A stretch of 64,000 nucleotides of DNA from Blasia pusilla (GCA_050084515.1 CM114271.1:43400001-43464000); one strand, 5' to 3'. Counted from the stretch's first letter, positions 1-12,721 are shown. Notes: a model not told the origin generated them from the letters alone. Numbers and translations are program-made.

Positions 1-3000
1 TCCTTAACCAGATCACCTCCTGAGCAGCAAGAGAAAGCGCCATGTACTCTGCCTCAGTTGTAGAGAGTGCAACCGTTCTTTGTTTCTTACTGCACCAGCT
101 GATCACCCCTCCACTTAACAAGAAGACATATCCACTTGTTGATCTTCTTTCATCAGTATCATCTCCCCAACTTGCATCTGAGAACCCTTCCAAGATTGGT
201 CCATTTTCTTGATGCCTGTATTCCAAGTATGTTCTTGTTGTGCCACGCAAATATCTGAGTACTCTCTTCAGACATTTCCAATGTTCTATTGTAGGTTTGC
301 TGGTGTACCTGGCTAAGACACCAACTGGGTATGCTAAGTCTGCTCTGGTACAGACCATAGCAAACATCAATGACCCTACAGCACTTTGATATAGTGCTTG
401 CAAATTGTCAACCTTTTCAGTTGAAATTCCCATATCTCTGCTGAGTTTGCAGCCAGGATCTAGGGGTGTTGATACAGGCTTACAATCTTGCATGTTGTAC
501 CTGATCAAGATACTCTCTATATACTTTTCTTGACTCAATCGAATCCAGCTCTCTTCCCGATTTCTCTCAATCTGAATCCCCAATAGCCACTTTGCTGGAC
601 CCAGATCAACCATCTCAAAGTTGCAACAGAGGTCTTTCTTCACTCTCTTTACAGTGTCTAAGCTCCCTCCTAGCATCAGAAGATCATCAACATACAATGC
701 TATGTACATAGTGGAGTCTAAGGAGTACACTCCTTGATCTGCATTGCTACGTTGGAATCCTTTCCTGATCAGGTAAGCATCCATCTTCTCATACCAGCAT
801 CTAGGTGCTTGCTTTAGGCCATAAAGGGCTTTCTTCAAGAGACACACCTTGCCTGGATGAGTATATCCATCTGGTACCTCCATGTAGATCTCCTCTTTGA
901 GTTCTCCATTTAAGAATGCAGTCTTCACATCCATCTGTTCCACCTCCCAATTTTGTTGAGCTGCTAATGCCAAGAGAACTCTAATGGATCCATACCTTGC
1001 AACAGGAGCAAAGGTCTCCTGATAGTCTAAACCAGCCTCCTGATTGAAGCCTTTTGCAACCAGACGTGCCTTGTACTTCAAGATCTCATTCTTTGGTCCC
1101 CTTTTTATTCTGAAGACCCATTTGCAACCAATGGTCTTTCTACCAGGTGGCAAATCTACAAACTCCCATGTCTCATTTTTCTCTAATGAGACCTTTTCTT
1201 CTGCCACAGCCTGCTCCCACTGTTTCGAATCATTCCTGCTCATAGCCTCACTCAAAGAGTTGGGCTCTACAACTCCTTCTTCAATAGAATGAGCTTCGTT
1301 TATCCCCAACCTTTCTACAGGTTTGGAAATTCTTCCAGATCTCCTTTGCTCTGAGATCTCCTTGATCACTCCCTCTGTGGACTCATGTGCCTCTATAACT
1401 TGCTTGGCTGCACTTCTCCTTTGGTACACCTTCATAGGCTGATCATTTTCAACATGATCTTCCTCTCTTACACCTTGGGTGCAAGTATCTAATCCTCCAC
1501 TACATTCTGCAAGTGTATCCTTTGATACTTCCTCCTTATCAGCATCTTGATGTGAGTTTGACACTACAGGGATGTTTACAGGAGTGACAACAGAAGTGAT
1601 AACTGGCACCACTCTGGTGACCATTGACTCTTTGAGCTCAGAGTCTTTCCAAAAACTCTTCTCATCAAAAGTCACATCATTGCTTCGAATTGCCTTGCAG
1701 GTTCTAGGATTATACAACATGTATCCTTTCAGCCCTTCTTCATACCCAACAAATATGTACTTGTCAGCCTTTGCATCTAGTTTCCTCCTTTGTGTATCAG
1801 GGGTGAGGGCATAGCCAACACAACCAAACACTTTCAATCTAGAAATGTCAGGTTTCTTACCAGACCAGCACTCTTCTGGAGTTACATTCTTCAAGGCCGC
1901 TGTGGGACTGATGTTCCTCAGATAATTCGCTGTCATGATAGCTGCTCCCCAGAATTCTTGACCAAGCTTGGCATGTTGCAACATGCTCAAGGCTTTCTCT
2001 TGCAAGGTTCTATTCAACCTTTCAGCTACTCCATTTTGGTGGGGGCTGTCACGTGCCGTAACATCTTTTAATATCCCCTTGGCTGAGAGATATGCTTGAA
2101 AGTCTTTACTTGCATATTCTCCTCCTCCATCAGACCTAAGTCTCTTCACTCTTCGTTCAACTTGCCTCTCTGTCATGTTGACAAAGATAACAAATTTCTC
2201 TAGAACTTGAGCCTTGCTGCTTATCAGGTACACAAAGCTCTTTCTACTCTTGTCGTCCACAAATGACACAAAATAGCGTGCTCCTCCTAGTGACTTTACA
2301 GGCATTGGTCCACACACATCAGAGTGAATCAAGTCCAATAATCTTTCAGACCTGTTAAGTGACCTTCTGGGAGCGGGTGACTTGTGAGCTTTCCCTTGCA
2401 CACAAGCCTCACAGAACTCAAGCTTCTGTGACTTCTCAATCTCCACACCACATGACATTCCTTGCAGAGCTCGAATGCTGTGTTCCGATAGGTGCCCCAA
2501 TCTGCAATGCCACAGATTCAGCAAGCTCCTATTCTCAGTGAGATTTACCTGCTCCTCTGGATCACATTCCAGCAGTTTGAACAAATTTCCTTGTACCACT
2601 CCTCGGCACAAGACTTTCCCATTTCTTCAAGTGTGCAAGTCTGGTTTGAGTTCCAGAAGTGCACATCAATTCCTGCCTCCAATAATTTCTTAACTGACAA
2701 CAGATTTTTTATGTAATCTGCAACATATAACACTCCATGCAGCTGCCATTTCATCAATTTGCTTTCATCAGCACTGAAGAAAATAGAAACTGAGCCAACC
2801 CCTCCCACAGGACTTAACAATCCAGAAGCACTTCTCACGTGATGATTACTTGCTGGTTTTAGGTCTGAGAACAACTCCTCTTGATAACAGACATGTGATG
2901 TTGCACCGGAGTCCACCCACCATCCACTGCTCCTCTTGAGATCTTTCTCACACGAGGCCATCATGAAAGAACAGCAACTTTCATCAGATGTGTATTCAGT

Positions 3001-3893
3001 AGTCATCACTCCAGCAACCTTTGCCTTATCCTTCTCCCTGTAGGAGGTACTTTGCTTCTCCATCAACTTCTCTTGATTCTTGACTGCAGATCCACTCCTT
3101 TTAACTTTCTCTCCCCTTTTCAACTCTTTGGACAATTTGTAGCAAGATGTCCCTTCTCTGCACAAATGTAACAAGTTCTGGTCTCTTTCCACTTCCTATC
3201 CCTGTTGAGCATGACTGTTTCTTCCACAATCACCTCTCGCTTCTGATCATATCTCAGGAGCTTGTTGGTCACAGATTCCCATGTAAGCAAATCTGCCTCC
3301 CAGGTTTCAAAGATTGTAACCATTGTATCAAATCGAGGAGGTAAGGAGGATAGCAACAGGGTTACCTTCCATATAGGAATCAGTTCCTGTCCAACTGCTT
3401 TCACTTGTGCAAAAGTTGACTCCATTTTGGCAATGTGAGCTGCAACTCTATCTGTGTCAGCCATCCTTGTCGAGCTCAATGTCTTCCATCTTTGCATAGC
3501 TAGAGTCAAAGCTGACTCCTTGTTCAAACTCTTCAGCTTGGACCAGATCTCCCAAGCATTGCTTATACCATCCACCAACTCCCTCATAGAGGAGTTCAGG
3601 GTCTGTTTGAGTAAGATAGCTGCCAACTGATTTTGCTGTCTCCAAGCGAAGTTTACCACAAGCTCTTCTAGATTGTGAGGTTTCATCTCAACATACACCC
3701 ACAACCCTTTCAGCATTAGAATGTCCATCATGGTTCTGGACCATTCTCTATAGTTCCCACCATCTAACTTCTCTACACTGCTGAAATCACTAAGGAGAAA
3801 GGTTTGGGGTGGGCCCATAACCTGAGAATATGATTGACCAGCAGAAGTATCTCCTTGTACAAAGTCAGAGCTAGCATCAGCTAGACCATCCAT
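1..3893 (-). pseudogene. copia gag-pol polyprotein, copy 1 (Gag-PR-INT-RT-RNaseH), two 1-bp frameshifts, 3' end outside the window
   Basis: ORFs 3120-3893 and 2545-3192 match copy 2. There are 1-bp deletions near 3125 and 2625 relative to copy 2. The INT-RT junction is in frame here (VYQRRSAAKQVIEAHES). Confidence 0.9.
3810..3822 (-). other. primer-binding site GGTTATGGGCCCA (half-molecule tRNA-iMet type), copy 1
   Basis: The minus strand reads ...TATTCTCA|GGTTATGGGCCCA. This matches the anticodon-arm initiator-Met PBS known from Drosophila copia and yeast Ty5 and directly follows the LTR-terminal CA. Confidence 0.85.
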
Positions 3894-4505
3894 GATTTCA
3901 GCTTGTACACAATCAGCAAATCAGTTCCTATCTCTATTGCCAAATCAGAGCCCTACCATGATGTGACTCTTCTTACTATCTAAGAGATACTAAGAAGGAT
4001 TCTACTCAGCCACACCTTGCACTCACACTACAGGTCCTCACATGTCACCAGCTCAGAGATCAGACATGGCTCACCATTGAGCACAAACAATCTCCATCAG
4101 CATACTAGACAAAACAACCTGCCTTCCAGTGAGGCTCTAGCAAGCACAGCAATTAGTCTCAATCTCCTCTTCCTATTCTCTGATCACTCTGCAGCAGGAC
4201 CAAGAGCCTCAGGAGTCCTCACCAAAACTGTGCATGCTGTAGAATTGGCTTCTGCTCTCTAAACAGAGACATTATATACATCAGGGTGAGCACTTCTGGC
4301 CCTTAGATCTTCTTGAACAGATCCATACCCTAAATAACAGATGGTGGCTAACCCTAACTCGAGAATTGCCCTAATTCAAGGCTACCCTAAAAAGATAGAG
4401 GAACACTAAGTTATCTCTAGCTAACTAAAATAGTATCCAACTAAGTTAGTATTTGACTAACTACTTTTAGGGCATGACTAAACTAGATATTAACTAATTT
4501 CAACA
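3823..4505 (-). repeat. shared central LTR of the copia tandem (683 bp, TG...CA)
   Basis: The minus strand starts TGTTGAAAT right after PPT AGAGGGAG (4506-4513) and ends TTCTCA before the PBS. It is a direct repeat of 8617-9299. Confidence 0.92.
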
Positions 4506-4512
4506 CTCCCTC

Positions 4513-7500
4513 TTAATGAGAGTTTAGAGTAATGCCCATCATACATATACACTTTCTATGTTTGTCCTGTGACAGAGGTTTGGTCAGGACATCAGCTGCC
4601 ATATTCTCTGTTGGACAGTAAACCAAGGAGATTTCTCTTCCTATCATTTCTCTTACAAAGTGATGTTTGATGTCAATGTGTTTTGTTCTAGGATGATGAA
4701 CAGGATTTTTGCTTAATGCAATACTTCCTTTGTTGTCAACCTGTAGGGATGTAGGAGTCATCTGTTCATATCCAAGATCATTCAATAAGCTCCTTAACCA
4801 GATCACCTCCTGAGCAGCAAGAGAAAGCGCCATGTACTCTGCCTCAGTTGTAGAGAGTGCAACCGTTCTTTGTTTCTTACTGCACCAGCTGATCACCCCT
4901 CCACTTAACAAGAAGACATATCCACTTGTTGATCTTCTTTCATCAGTATCATCTCCCCAACTTGCATCTGAGAACCCTTCCAAGATTGGTCCATTTTCTT
5001 GATGCCTGTATTCCAAGTATGTTCTTGTTGTGCCACGCAAATATCTGAGTACTCTCTTCAGACATTTCCAATGTTCTATTGTAGGTTTGCTGGTGTACCT
5101 GGCTAAGACACCAACTGGGTATGCTAAGTCTGCTCTGGTACAGACCATAGCAAACATCAATGACCCTACAGCACTTTGATATAGTGCTTGCAAATTGTCA
5201 ACCTTTTCAGTTGAAATTCCCATATCTCTGCTGAGTTTGCAGCCAGGATCTAGGGGTGTTGATACAGGCTTACAATCTTGCATGTTGTACCTGATCAAGA
5301 TACTCTCTATATACTTTTCTTGACTCAATCGAATCCAGCTCTCTTCCCGATTTCTCTCAATCTGAATCCCCAATAGCCACTTTGCTGGACCCAGATCAAC
5401 CATCTCAAAGTTGCAACAGAGGTCTTTCTTCACTCTCTTTACAGTGTCTAAGCTCCCTCCTAGCATCAGAAGATCATCAACATACAATGCTATGTACATA
5501 GTGGAGTCTAAGGAGTACACTCCTTGATCTGCATTGCTACGTTGGAATCCTTTCCTGATCAGGTAAGCATCCATCTTCTCATACCAGCATCTAGGTGCTT
5601 GCTTTAGGCCATAAAGGGCTTTCTTCAAGAGACACACCTTGCCTGGATGAGTATATCCATCTGGTACCTCCATGTAGATCTCCTCTTTGAGTTCTCCATT
5701 TAAGAATGCAGTCTTCACATCCATCTGTTCCACCTCCCAGTTTTGTTGAGCTGCTAATGCCAAGAGAACTCTAATGGATCCATACCTTGCAACAAGAGCA
5801 AAGGTCTCCTGATAGTCTAAACCAGCCTCCTGATTGAAGCCTTTTGCAACCAGACGTGCCTTGTACTTCAAGATCTCATTCTTTAGTCCCCTTTTTATTC
5901 TAAAGACCCATTTGCAACCAATGGTCTTTCTACCAGGTGGCAAATCTACAAACTTCCATGTCTCATTTTTCTCTAATGAGACCATTTCTTCTGCCACAGC
6001 CTGCTCCCACTGTTTTGAATCATTCCTGCTCATAGCCTCACTCAAAGAGTTGGGCTCTATAACTCCTTCTTCAATAGCATGAGCTTCATTTATCCCCAAC
6101 CTTTCTACAGGTTTGGAAATTTTTCTAGATCTTCTTTGCTCTAAGATCTCCTTGATCACTCCCTCTGTGGACTCATGTGCCTCTATAACTTGCTTGGCTG
6201 CACTTCTCCTTTGTACACCTTCATAGGCTGATCATTTTCAACATGATCTTCCTCTCTTACACCTTGGGTGTAAGTATCTAATCCTCCACTACATTCTGCA
6301 AGTGTATCCTTTGCTACTTCCTCCTTATCAGCATCTTGATGTGAGTTTGACACTACAGGGATGTTTACAGGAGTGACAACAGAAGTGATAACTGGCACCA
6401 CTCTGGTGACCATTGACTCTTTGAGCTCAGAGTCTTTCCAAAAACTCTTCTCATCAAAAGTCACATCATTGCTTCGAATTGCCTTGCAGGTTCTAGGATT
6501 ATACAACATGTATCCTTTCAGCCCTTCTTCATACCCAACAAATATGTACTTGTCAGCCTTTGCATCTAGTTTCCTCCTTTGTGTATCAGGGGTGAGGGCA
6601 TAGCCAACACAACCAAACACTTTCAATCTAGAAATGTCAGGTTTCTTACCAGACCAGCACTCTTCTGGAGTTACATTCTTCAAGGCCGCTGTGGGACTGA
6701 TGTTCCTCAGATAATTCGCTGTCATGATAGCTGCTCCCCAGAATTCTTGACCAAGCTTGGCATGTTGCAACATGCTCAAGGCTTTCTCTTGCAAGGTTCT
6801 ATTCAACCTTTCAGCTACTCCATTTTGGTGGGGGCTGTCACGTGCCGTAACATCTTTTAATATCCCCTTGGCTGAGAGATATGCTTGAAAGTCTTTACTT
6901 GCATATTCTCCTCCTCCATCAGACCTAAGTCTCTTCACTCTTCGTTCAACTTGCCTCTCTGTCATGTTGACAAAGATAACAAATTTCTCTAGAACTTGAG
7001 CCTTGCTGCTTATCAGGTACACAAAGCTCTTTCTACTCTTGTCGTCCACAAATGACACAAAATAGCGTGCTCCTCCTAGTGACTTTACAGGCATTGGTCC
7101 ACACACATCAGAGTGAATCAAGTCCAATAATCTTTCAGACCTGTTAAGTGACCTTCTGGGAGCGGGTGACTTGTGAGCTTTCCCTTGCACACAAGCCTCA
7201 CAGAACTCAAGCTTCTGTGACTTCTCAATCTCCACACCACATGACATTCCTTGCAGAGCTCGAATGCTGTGTTCCGATAGGTGCCCCAATCTGCAATGCC
7301 ACAGATTCAGCAAGCTCCTATTCTCAGTGAGATTTACCTGCTCCTCTGGATCACATTCCAGCAGTTTGAACAAATTTCCTTGTACCACTCCTCGGCACAA
7401 GACTTTCCCATTTCTTTCAAGTGTGCAAGTCTGGTTTGAGTTCCAGAAGTGCACATCAATTCCTGCCTCCAATAATTTCTTAACTGACAACAGATTTTTT

Positions 7501-8687
7501 ATGTAATCTGCAACATATAACACTCCATGCAGCTGCCATTTCATCAATTTGCTTTCATCAGCACTGAAGAAAATAGAAACTGAGCCAACCCCTCCCACAG
7601 GACTTAACAATCCAGAAGCACTTCTCACGTGATGATTACTTGCTGGTTTTAGGTCTGAGAACAACTCCTCTTGATAACAGACATGTGATGTTGCACCGGA
7701 GTCCACCCACCATCCACTGCTCCTCTTGAGATCTTTCTCACACGAGGCCATCATGAAAGAACAGCAACTTTCATCAGATGTGTATTCAGTAGTCATCACT
7801 CCAGCAACCTTTGCCTTATCCTTCTCCCTGTAGGAGGTACTTTGCTTCTCCATCAACTTCTCTTGATTCTTGACTGCAGATCCACTCCTTTTAACTTTCT
7901 CTCCCCTTTTCAACTTCTTTGGACAATTGCGAGCAAGATGTCCCTTCTCTGCACAAATGTAACAAGTTCTGGTCTCTTTCCACTTCCTATCCCTGTTGAG
8001 CATGACTGTTTCTTCCACAATCACCTCTCGCTTCTGATCATATCTCAGGAGCTTGTTGGTCACAGATTCCCATGTAAGCAAATCTGCCTCCCAGGTTTCA
8101 AAGATTGTAACCATTGTATCAAATCGAGGAGGAGGTAAGGAGGATAGCAACAGGGTTACCTTCCATATAGGAATCAGTTCCTGTCCAACTGCTTTCACTT
8201 GTGCAAAAGTTGACTCCATTTTGGCAATGTGAGCTGCAACTCTATCTGTGTCAGCCATCCTTGTCGAGCTCAATGTCTTCCATCTTTGCATAGCTAGAGT
8301 CAAAGCTGACTCCTTGTTCAAACTCTTCAGCTTGGACCAGATCTCCCAAGCATTGCTTATACCATCCACCAACTCCCTCATAGAGGAGTTCAGGGTCTGT
8401 TTGAGTAAGATAGCTGCCAACTGATTTTGCTGTCTCCAAGCGAAGTTTACCACAAGCTCTTCTAGATTGTGAGGTTTCATCTCAACATACACCCACAACC
8501 CTTTCAGCATTAGAATGTCCATCATGGTTCTGGACCATTCTCTATAGTTCCCACCATCTAACTTCTCTACACTGCTGAAATCACTAAGGAGAAAGGTTTG
8601 GGGTGGGCCCATAACCTGAGAATATGATTGACCAGCAGAAGTATCTCCTTGTACAAAGTCAGAGCTAGCATCAGCTAGACCATCCAT
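4513..8687 (-). pseudogene. copia gag-pol polyprotein, copy 2, one frameshift near 6213 between INT and RT
   Basis: ORF 6183-8687 has Gag, CCHC, DSGAT, the HHCC motif (LWHCRLGH..CEAC) and the DDE core. ORF 4513-6159 has KARLVAKG, QMDVKTAFLNG, YVDD and RNaseH DASW..STTEAEY. Copy 1 has the extra G that joins the two frames. Confidence 0.92.
8604..8616 (-). other. primer-binding site GGTTATGGGCCCA, copy 2
   Basis: Identical to 3810-3822 and adjacent to the LTR end at 8617. Confidence 0.85.
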
Positions 8688-9299
8688 GATTTCAGCTTGT
8701 ACACAATCAGCAAATCAGTTCCTATCTCTATTGCCAAATCAGAGCCCTACCATGATGTGACTCTTCTTACTATCTAAGAGATACTAAGAAGGATTCTACT
8801 CAGCCACACCTTGCACTCACACTACAGGTCCTCACATGTCACCAGCTCAGAGATCAGACATGGCTCACCATTGAGCACAAACAATCTCCATCAGCATACT
8901 AGACAAAACAACCTGCCTTCCAGTGAGGCTCTAGCAAGCACAGCAATTAGTCTCAATCTCCTCTTCCTATTCTCTGATCACTCTGCAGCAGGACCAAGAG
9001 CCTCAGGAGTCCTCACCAAAACTGTGCATGCTGTAGAATTGGCTTCTGCTCTCTAAACAGAGACATTATATACATCAGGGTGAGCACTTCTGGCCCTTAG
9101 ATCTTCTTGAACAGATCCATACCCTAAATAACAGATGGTGGCTAACCCTAACTCGAGAATTGCCCTAATTCAAGGCTACCCTAAAAAGATAGAGGAACAC
9201 TAAGTTATCTCTAGCTAACTAAAATAGTATCCAACTAAGTTAGTATCTGACTAACTACTTTTAGAGCATGACTAAACTAGATATTAACCAATTTCAACA
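8617..9299 (-). repeat. 5' LTR of copia copy 2 (683 bp)
   Basis: Direct repeat of 3823-4505. I saw three substitutions, all near the 9299 end. The boundary TTCAACA|TGATC interrupts another copia RT. Confidence 0.92.
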
Positions 9300-10919
9300 T
9301 GATCTAGGAGCTGCCAAAGTTCTCTTAGGAATCAATATAGTACGAGATGGCTTGGCTGGTACCATCACAATTCATCAAGATACTTTCACAAAGAGTATCT
9401 TAGCGAAGTTTGGATTGAGTGACTGTAAACGTGTTTCCACTCCTATGGAACCAAGACTAAAACTCTCCAAGTCCATATGTGCTAAATCTAAGAAAGAGAT
9501 TGAAGATATGTCTATGGTTCCTTATCAAAGTGCTGTAGGGAGCTTGCTTTATCTTGCTGTTTGCACCAGACCAGACATATCATTTACAGTAGGAGTCCTT
9601 TGCAAGTACATGCATAACCCAGGACCAGAACACTGGAAAGCAGTGAAAAGATTGTTACGCTACCTCAAGGGAACTCCAACAATGGGAATCACATATAGCT
9701 CAGGAACCTCCACCATATTATATGGGTTCACAGATTCAGATTATGCTGCTGATGACCAGACCGCAAGATCAACCTCAGGATATATCTTCATATTGTGCAA
9801 TGGTGCTGTGAGTTGGAGCAGTAAACTTCACCAGACTGTTGCTTGTTCCTCAACAGAGGCAGAGTACATTGGCATTGCTCATGCAGGGAAGGAATTGTTG
9901 TGGCTTCGATACTTTCTCAACAGTATCAGGTTTCCATGTGAAGGACCTGCAGTTCTCTATGGAGATAACCAAGGAAGTATTGCACTATGCAATAATCCCA
10001 TTCATCATGCGAGAACTAAACATATCAATGTTCGTCACCACTTCATTAGAGATCTGATGGGGATTGAAATTGACCTAAGGTTCATTGGGACTGAGGATAT
10101 GGCAGCTGATTTCCTCACCAAATCATTGTCATCTATCAAGCATACAAAATGCTTGAGCAAGATTGGCATGACTAATTTTCGCTGAGTGGGAGTGTTAGGA
10201 TTTCACATAAAATTGTCTGCTGTTTTCTTCCAATTTTTTAACTATGGTTAGTTCTGCAAACTAGGGTTGGAATTTTATCATAGTTACAAGCCTCAGTTAG
10301 TTTACTAGTTACCTCTTTAACTATTCTTGTGAGTTTTGGTTATGTTTAATTGTGCACATGGTGTGCTGGCCTGTTGTGCTGTCCTGCTCATAATGTGCTG
10401 GCCTATTCCTGGTGTGCTTCCCTGCTCCTGTTGTGCTGGCCCTTCAACCTTGCCTTACCATGCAGTGGTCCTTTCTGCTGGTCTCTTGTAGGAAACTATT
10501 TAACTCCCCCTCTCTTCCCTTCTTCTTTGATTCACTTCTACTCTTGCTGTGGGTTTTGAGATTAGCTCCTACATATGTGAAACTCTGCTGGTGCCTTGAT
10601 CAACCAAGAAGGAATGTGCATTGGTGTGGAGAATGCTCCAAGTATCAATCTAGCACAAACTCCTGCATCTTGGTTTCAACCACCTCTCTTCAGGACTTGT
10701 GTATTCTAATAAGGTGTTGCTTTTCAAGCACCCAGTTCTCAATAGAAGTTGTAGACCAGTTCTACATGCAATCCATTTCAGTTTTTCTTTTTTCAGGTTT
10801 GTAAGTGATTACCCTCATGTACATGGTTTAGTGGAAGATCCTGTCGGGATCTACTATCTTTCTATCATTTTAAAGTTTTAAAAGTAGATCTGAGAGGAAG
10901 TAGAATTCTGATTTCAACA
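9300..10919 (+). mobile_element. 3' part of an older Ty1/copia element (family A) interrupted by the family B tandem: RT C-terminus, RNaseH, PPT, 3' LTR
   Basis: DLGAAKVLLGINI..YQSAVGSLLYL..DSDYA..SSTEAEY..ADFLTK in 9300-10185. PPT GAGTGGGAG at 10184-10192. LTR TGTTAGG...TTTCAACA at 10193-10919. Confidence 0.9.
10193..10919 (+). repeat. 3' LTR of copia family A (727 bp)
   Basis: TG...CA ends after a PPT, internal TGTGCTGGCC repeats, and homology in inverted orientation to 11590-12360. Confidence 0.85.
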
Positions 10920-11559
10920 TAATGATGGGGATAAATCCTCTAGTCACTATTTGTTCTCTTGCACAAAATTCACAACATACAGAATACCAGAATAATACAA
11001 GAATTGTTCAACACATTCAGCAGCCTAGTTTCAATGCCCAAAGCTGCACTGGTAAGTAATGTGTATTGGGGATCCCAATTGGGTAAAGTAGAGGGTGTTG
11101 TAAAGAGCTTTCTGGTTGACACTTGGAATCTCCGCACCAACACTCTGTATGGTCAGCACTCACACTATATGAGAGTGTCTCTCTCCTCTCATTTGGTGCC
11201 TTCTTCACTTGCTCCTCTCTCTACACCCATCCAGTCTCAAGCACCATCCAGGGCACGGGGTCTACAGTCGCAAGGCTATGACAAGCACCACTTAAAGACT
11301 ACAGTCTCTGAGTTGGTCAACACTTTGTACACTCACCACTCACACTGTATGAGAGTGTCTCCTTCCTATCATATGGTACCTTCTTCACTCTTCCTCTCTC
11401 TCTAGACTTATCCCAGTCTCTAGCACCGTCCAACCAGTGTGTGGGATCGATGGTCCCTAGGCTACCACAGGCACTACTTAGTAAGTTGTCTCTGAAGGGG
11501 TCCCATAGGCCTCTGGGCTTCCCGGGGACTAGAAATCTAACTCAACTCAACTCTCTCTC
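10920..11559 (+). mobile_element. 3' end of a non-LTR retrotransposon (same family as LINE 45184-50028), cut by copia A
   Basis: Translates DGDKSSSHYLFSCTKF...KVEGVVKSFLVDTW, homologous to ORF 45053-45823. It has a ~180-bp internal duplication (11155/11335), a GTCCC..GGGAC stem-loop, and an (AACTC)n/(TC)n tail. Confidence 0.8.
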
Positions 11560-11589
11560 ATTGTCTGTAAATAAAGTGTAGTTGCATTT

Positions 11590-12360
11590 TGTTGAAATCA
11601 GAATTCTACTCAGATTTCACTTTTAAAACTTTAAAATCATAGAAAAATAGCAGATCCAAACAGGATCTTCCACTAAACCATGTACATGAGGGTAATCACT
11701 TACAAACCTGAAAGAGCAAATCTAAAATGGATTGCATGCAGAGCTAGCCTGCAACTTTTATTGAGAACTGGGTGTTGATAGAGCAAAACCCTATTAGAAT
11801 ACGCAGGACCTGAAAAGAGGTGGTTGAAACCAAGATGTTGGAGTATGTGACCAATTGGTTCTTGGAGCATCCTCCACAACAATGCACATCTCCTTCTTAG
11901 TTGATCAAGCCACCAGCAGGGTTTCAGGTACGAAGGAGCTAATCTCAAGACACTGCCTTCCAGGGCAGGAGTAGAAGTGAATCAAAGAAGTAGGAAAGAG
12001 TGTGTTATATAGTTTCCTAGAAGGGGCCAGCAGAAGGGAAGGTGGAAGGGTCAGCACAACAGGACCAGGCCAGCACACCAGGCATAGGCCAGTACACTAT
12101 GAGCAAGGCAGCACACCATGCATAGGCCAGCACACTATGAGCAAGGCAGCACATCAGGCCAACACACCCTGAGCACAATTAACATAACCAGAACTAACAA
12201 GAAGAGTTAAGAAATAACTAGTAACCTAACTGAAGTGAGCGACTTGTAACTATGGTAGGATTCCAACCATGGTTTGTAGAACTAACCACAGTATAAACTA
12301 AATGAAAAACGATGGGGGAAAGATTTTGAACAGCAGACAATTTTATATGAAATTCTAACA
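11590..12360 (-). repeat. solo LTR related to copia family A, inverted relative to 10193-10919
   Basis: Starts TGTTGAAATCAGAATTCTACT, the reverse complement of the 10919 end, and ends ATTCTAACA. CATTT occurs on both sides, a probable TSD overlapping the terminal CA. Confidence 0.85.
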
Positions 12361-12721
12361 TTTAGCTCCACAGCAACATCCTATATGGTCATTACAGCCC
12401 CTACTAGTACTCGATTCCGAGTGCAGAGGCTGCAGAATGCAAGTTATTCTGCAAGCAACTGCTCAACCGTTGGATGTAAATAGAGATGTGAGTTGGATGT
12501 GAATAGAAATGTGAGCCGTAATAAAAACATTTGGACTCACTCATTTACTCTCGTTTCTACAAGCCGTGTTACTTCCCCGTGTTAATGCTTTCTGTGCCTC
12601 CCTGTGTTACTACCCTTCCATGCTGTGTTAGCCTTTCTCCCGCAGTGTCAGTGCTTCTCCGAGCACTAACACGACATAGTTTTTAACATGCTGTGTTAAA
12701 AAATACGAAGAGGGCATGCCC

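Larger units (their letters stand above)
1..4505 (-). mobile_element. Ty1/copia LTR retrotransposon, family B, copy 1 (3' part runs off the window); its 5' LTR is shared with copy 2
   Basis: Near-identical to 4791-9299 at an offset of about 4790. Gag zinc knuckle (CYICAEKGH), protease (WVDSGAT), integrase and RT motifs lie on the minus strand, with LTR 3823-4505 and PBS 3810-3822. Confidence 0.95.
3823..9299 (-). mobile_element. Ty1/copia LTR retrotransposon, family B, copy 2 (full length LTR-internal-LTR, 5477 bp)
   Basis: Two 683-bp LTRs, PBS 8604-8616, PPT 4506-4513, and copia domain order Gag-PR-INT-RT-RH. Confidence 0.95.

Noticed and set aside
3940-3958. TGGTAGGGCTCTG as a conventional PBS after CACATCA
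   Set aside because: It does not match the tRNA-Met 3' end (TGGTATCAGAGC). A better, family-typical PBS with an adjacent CA lies at 3810-3822.
1044-9056. Short plus-strand ORFs repeated in both copia copies (e.g. 1044-1292, 1572-1814, 4017-4262, 8811-9056)
   Set aside because: They are antisense shadows of gag-pol or LTR sequence. They recur only because the element is duplicated.
9268-9299. N-terminus MTKLDINQFQH of the 305-aa ORF
   Set aside because: It derives from the inserted LTR end. The real copia A sequence starts at 9300.
12400-12710. Possible MITE with GTGTTA repeats and small palindromes
   Set aside because: I could not define matching TIRs or a TSD.
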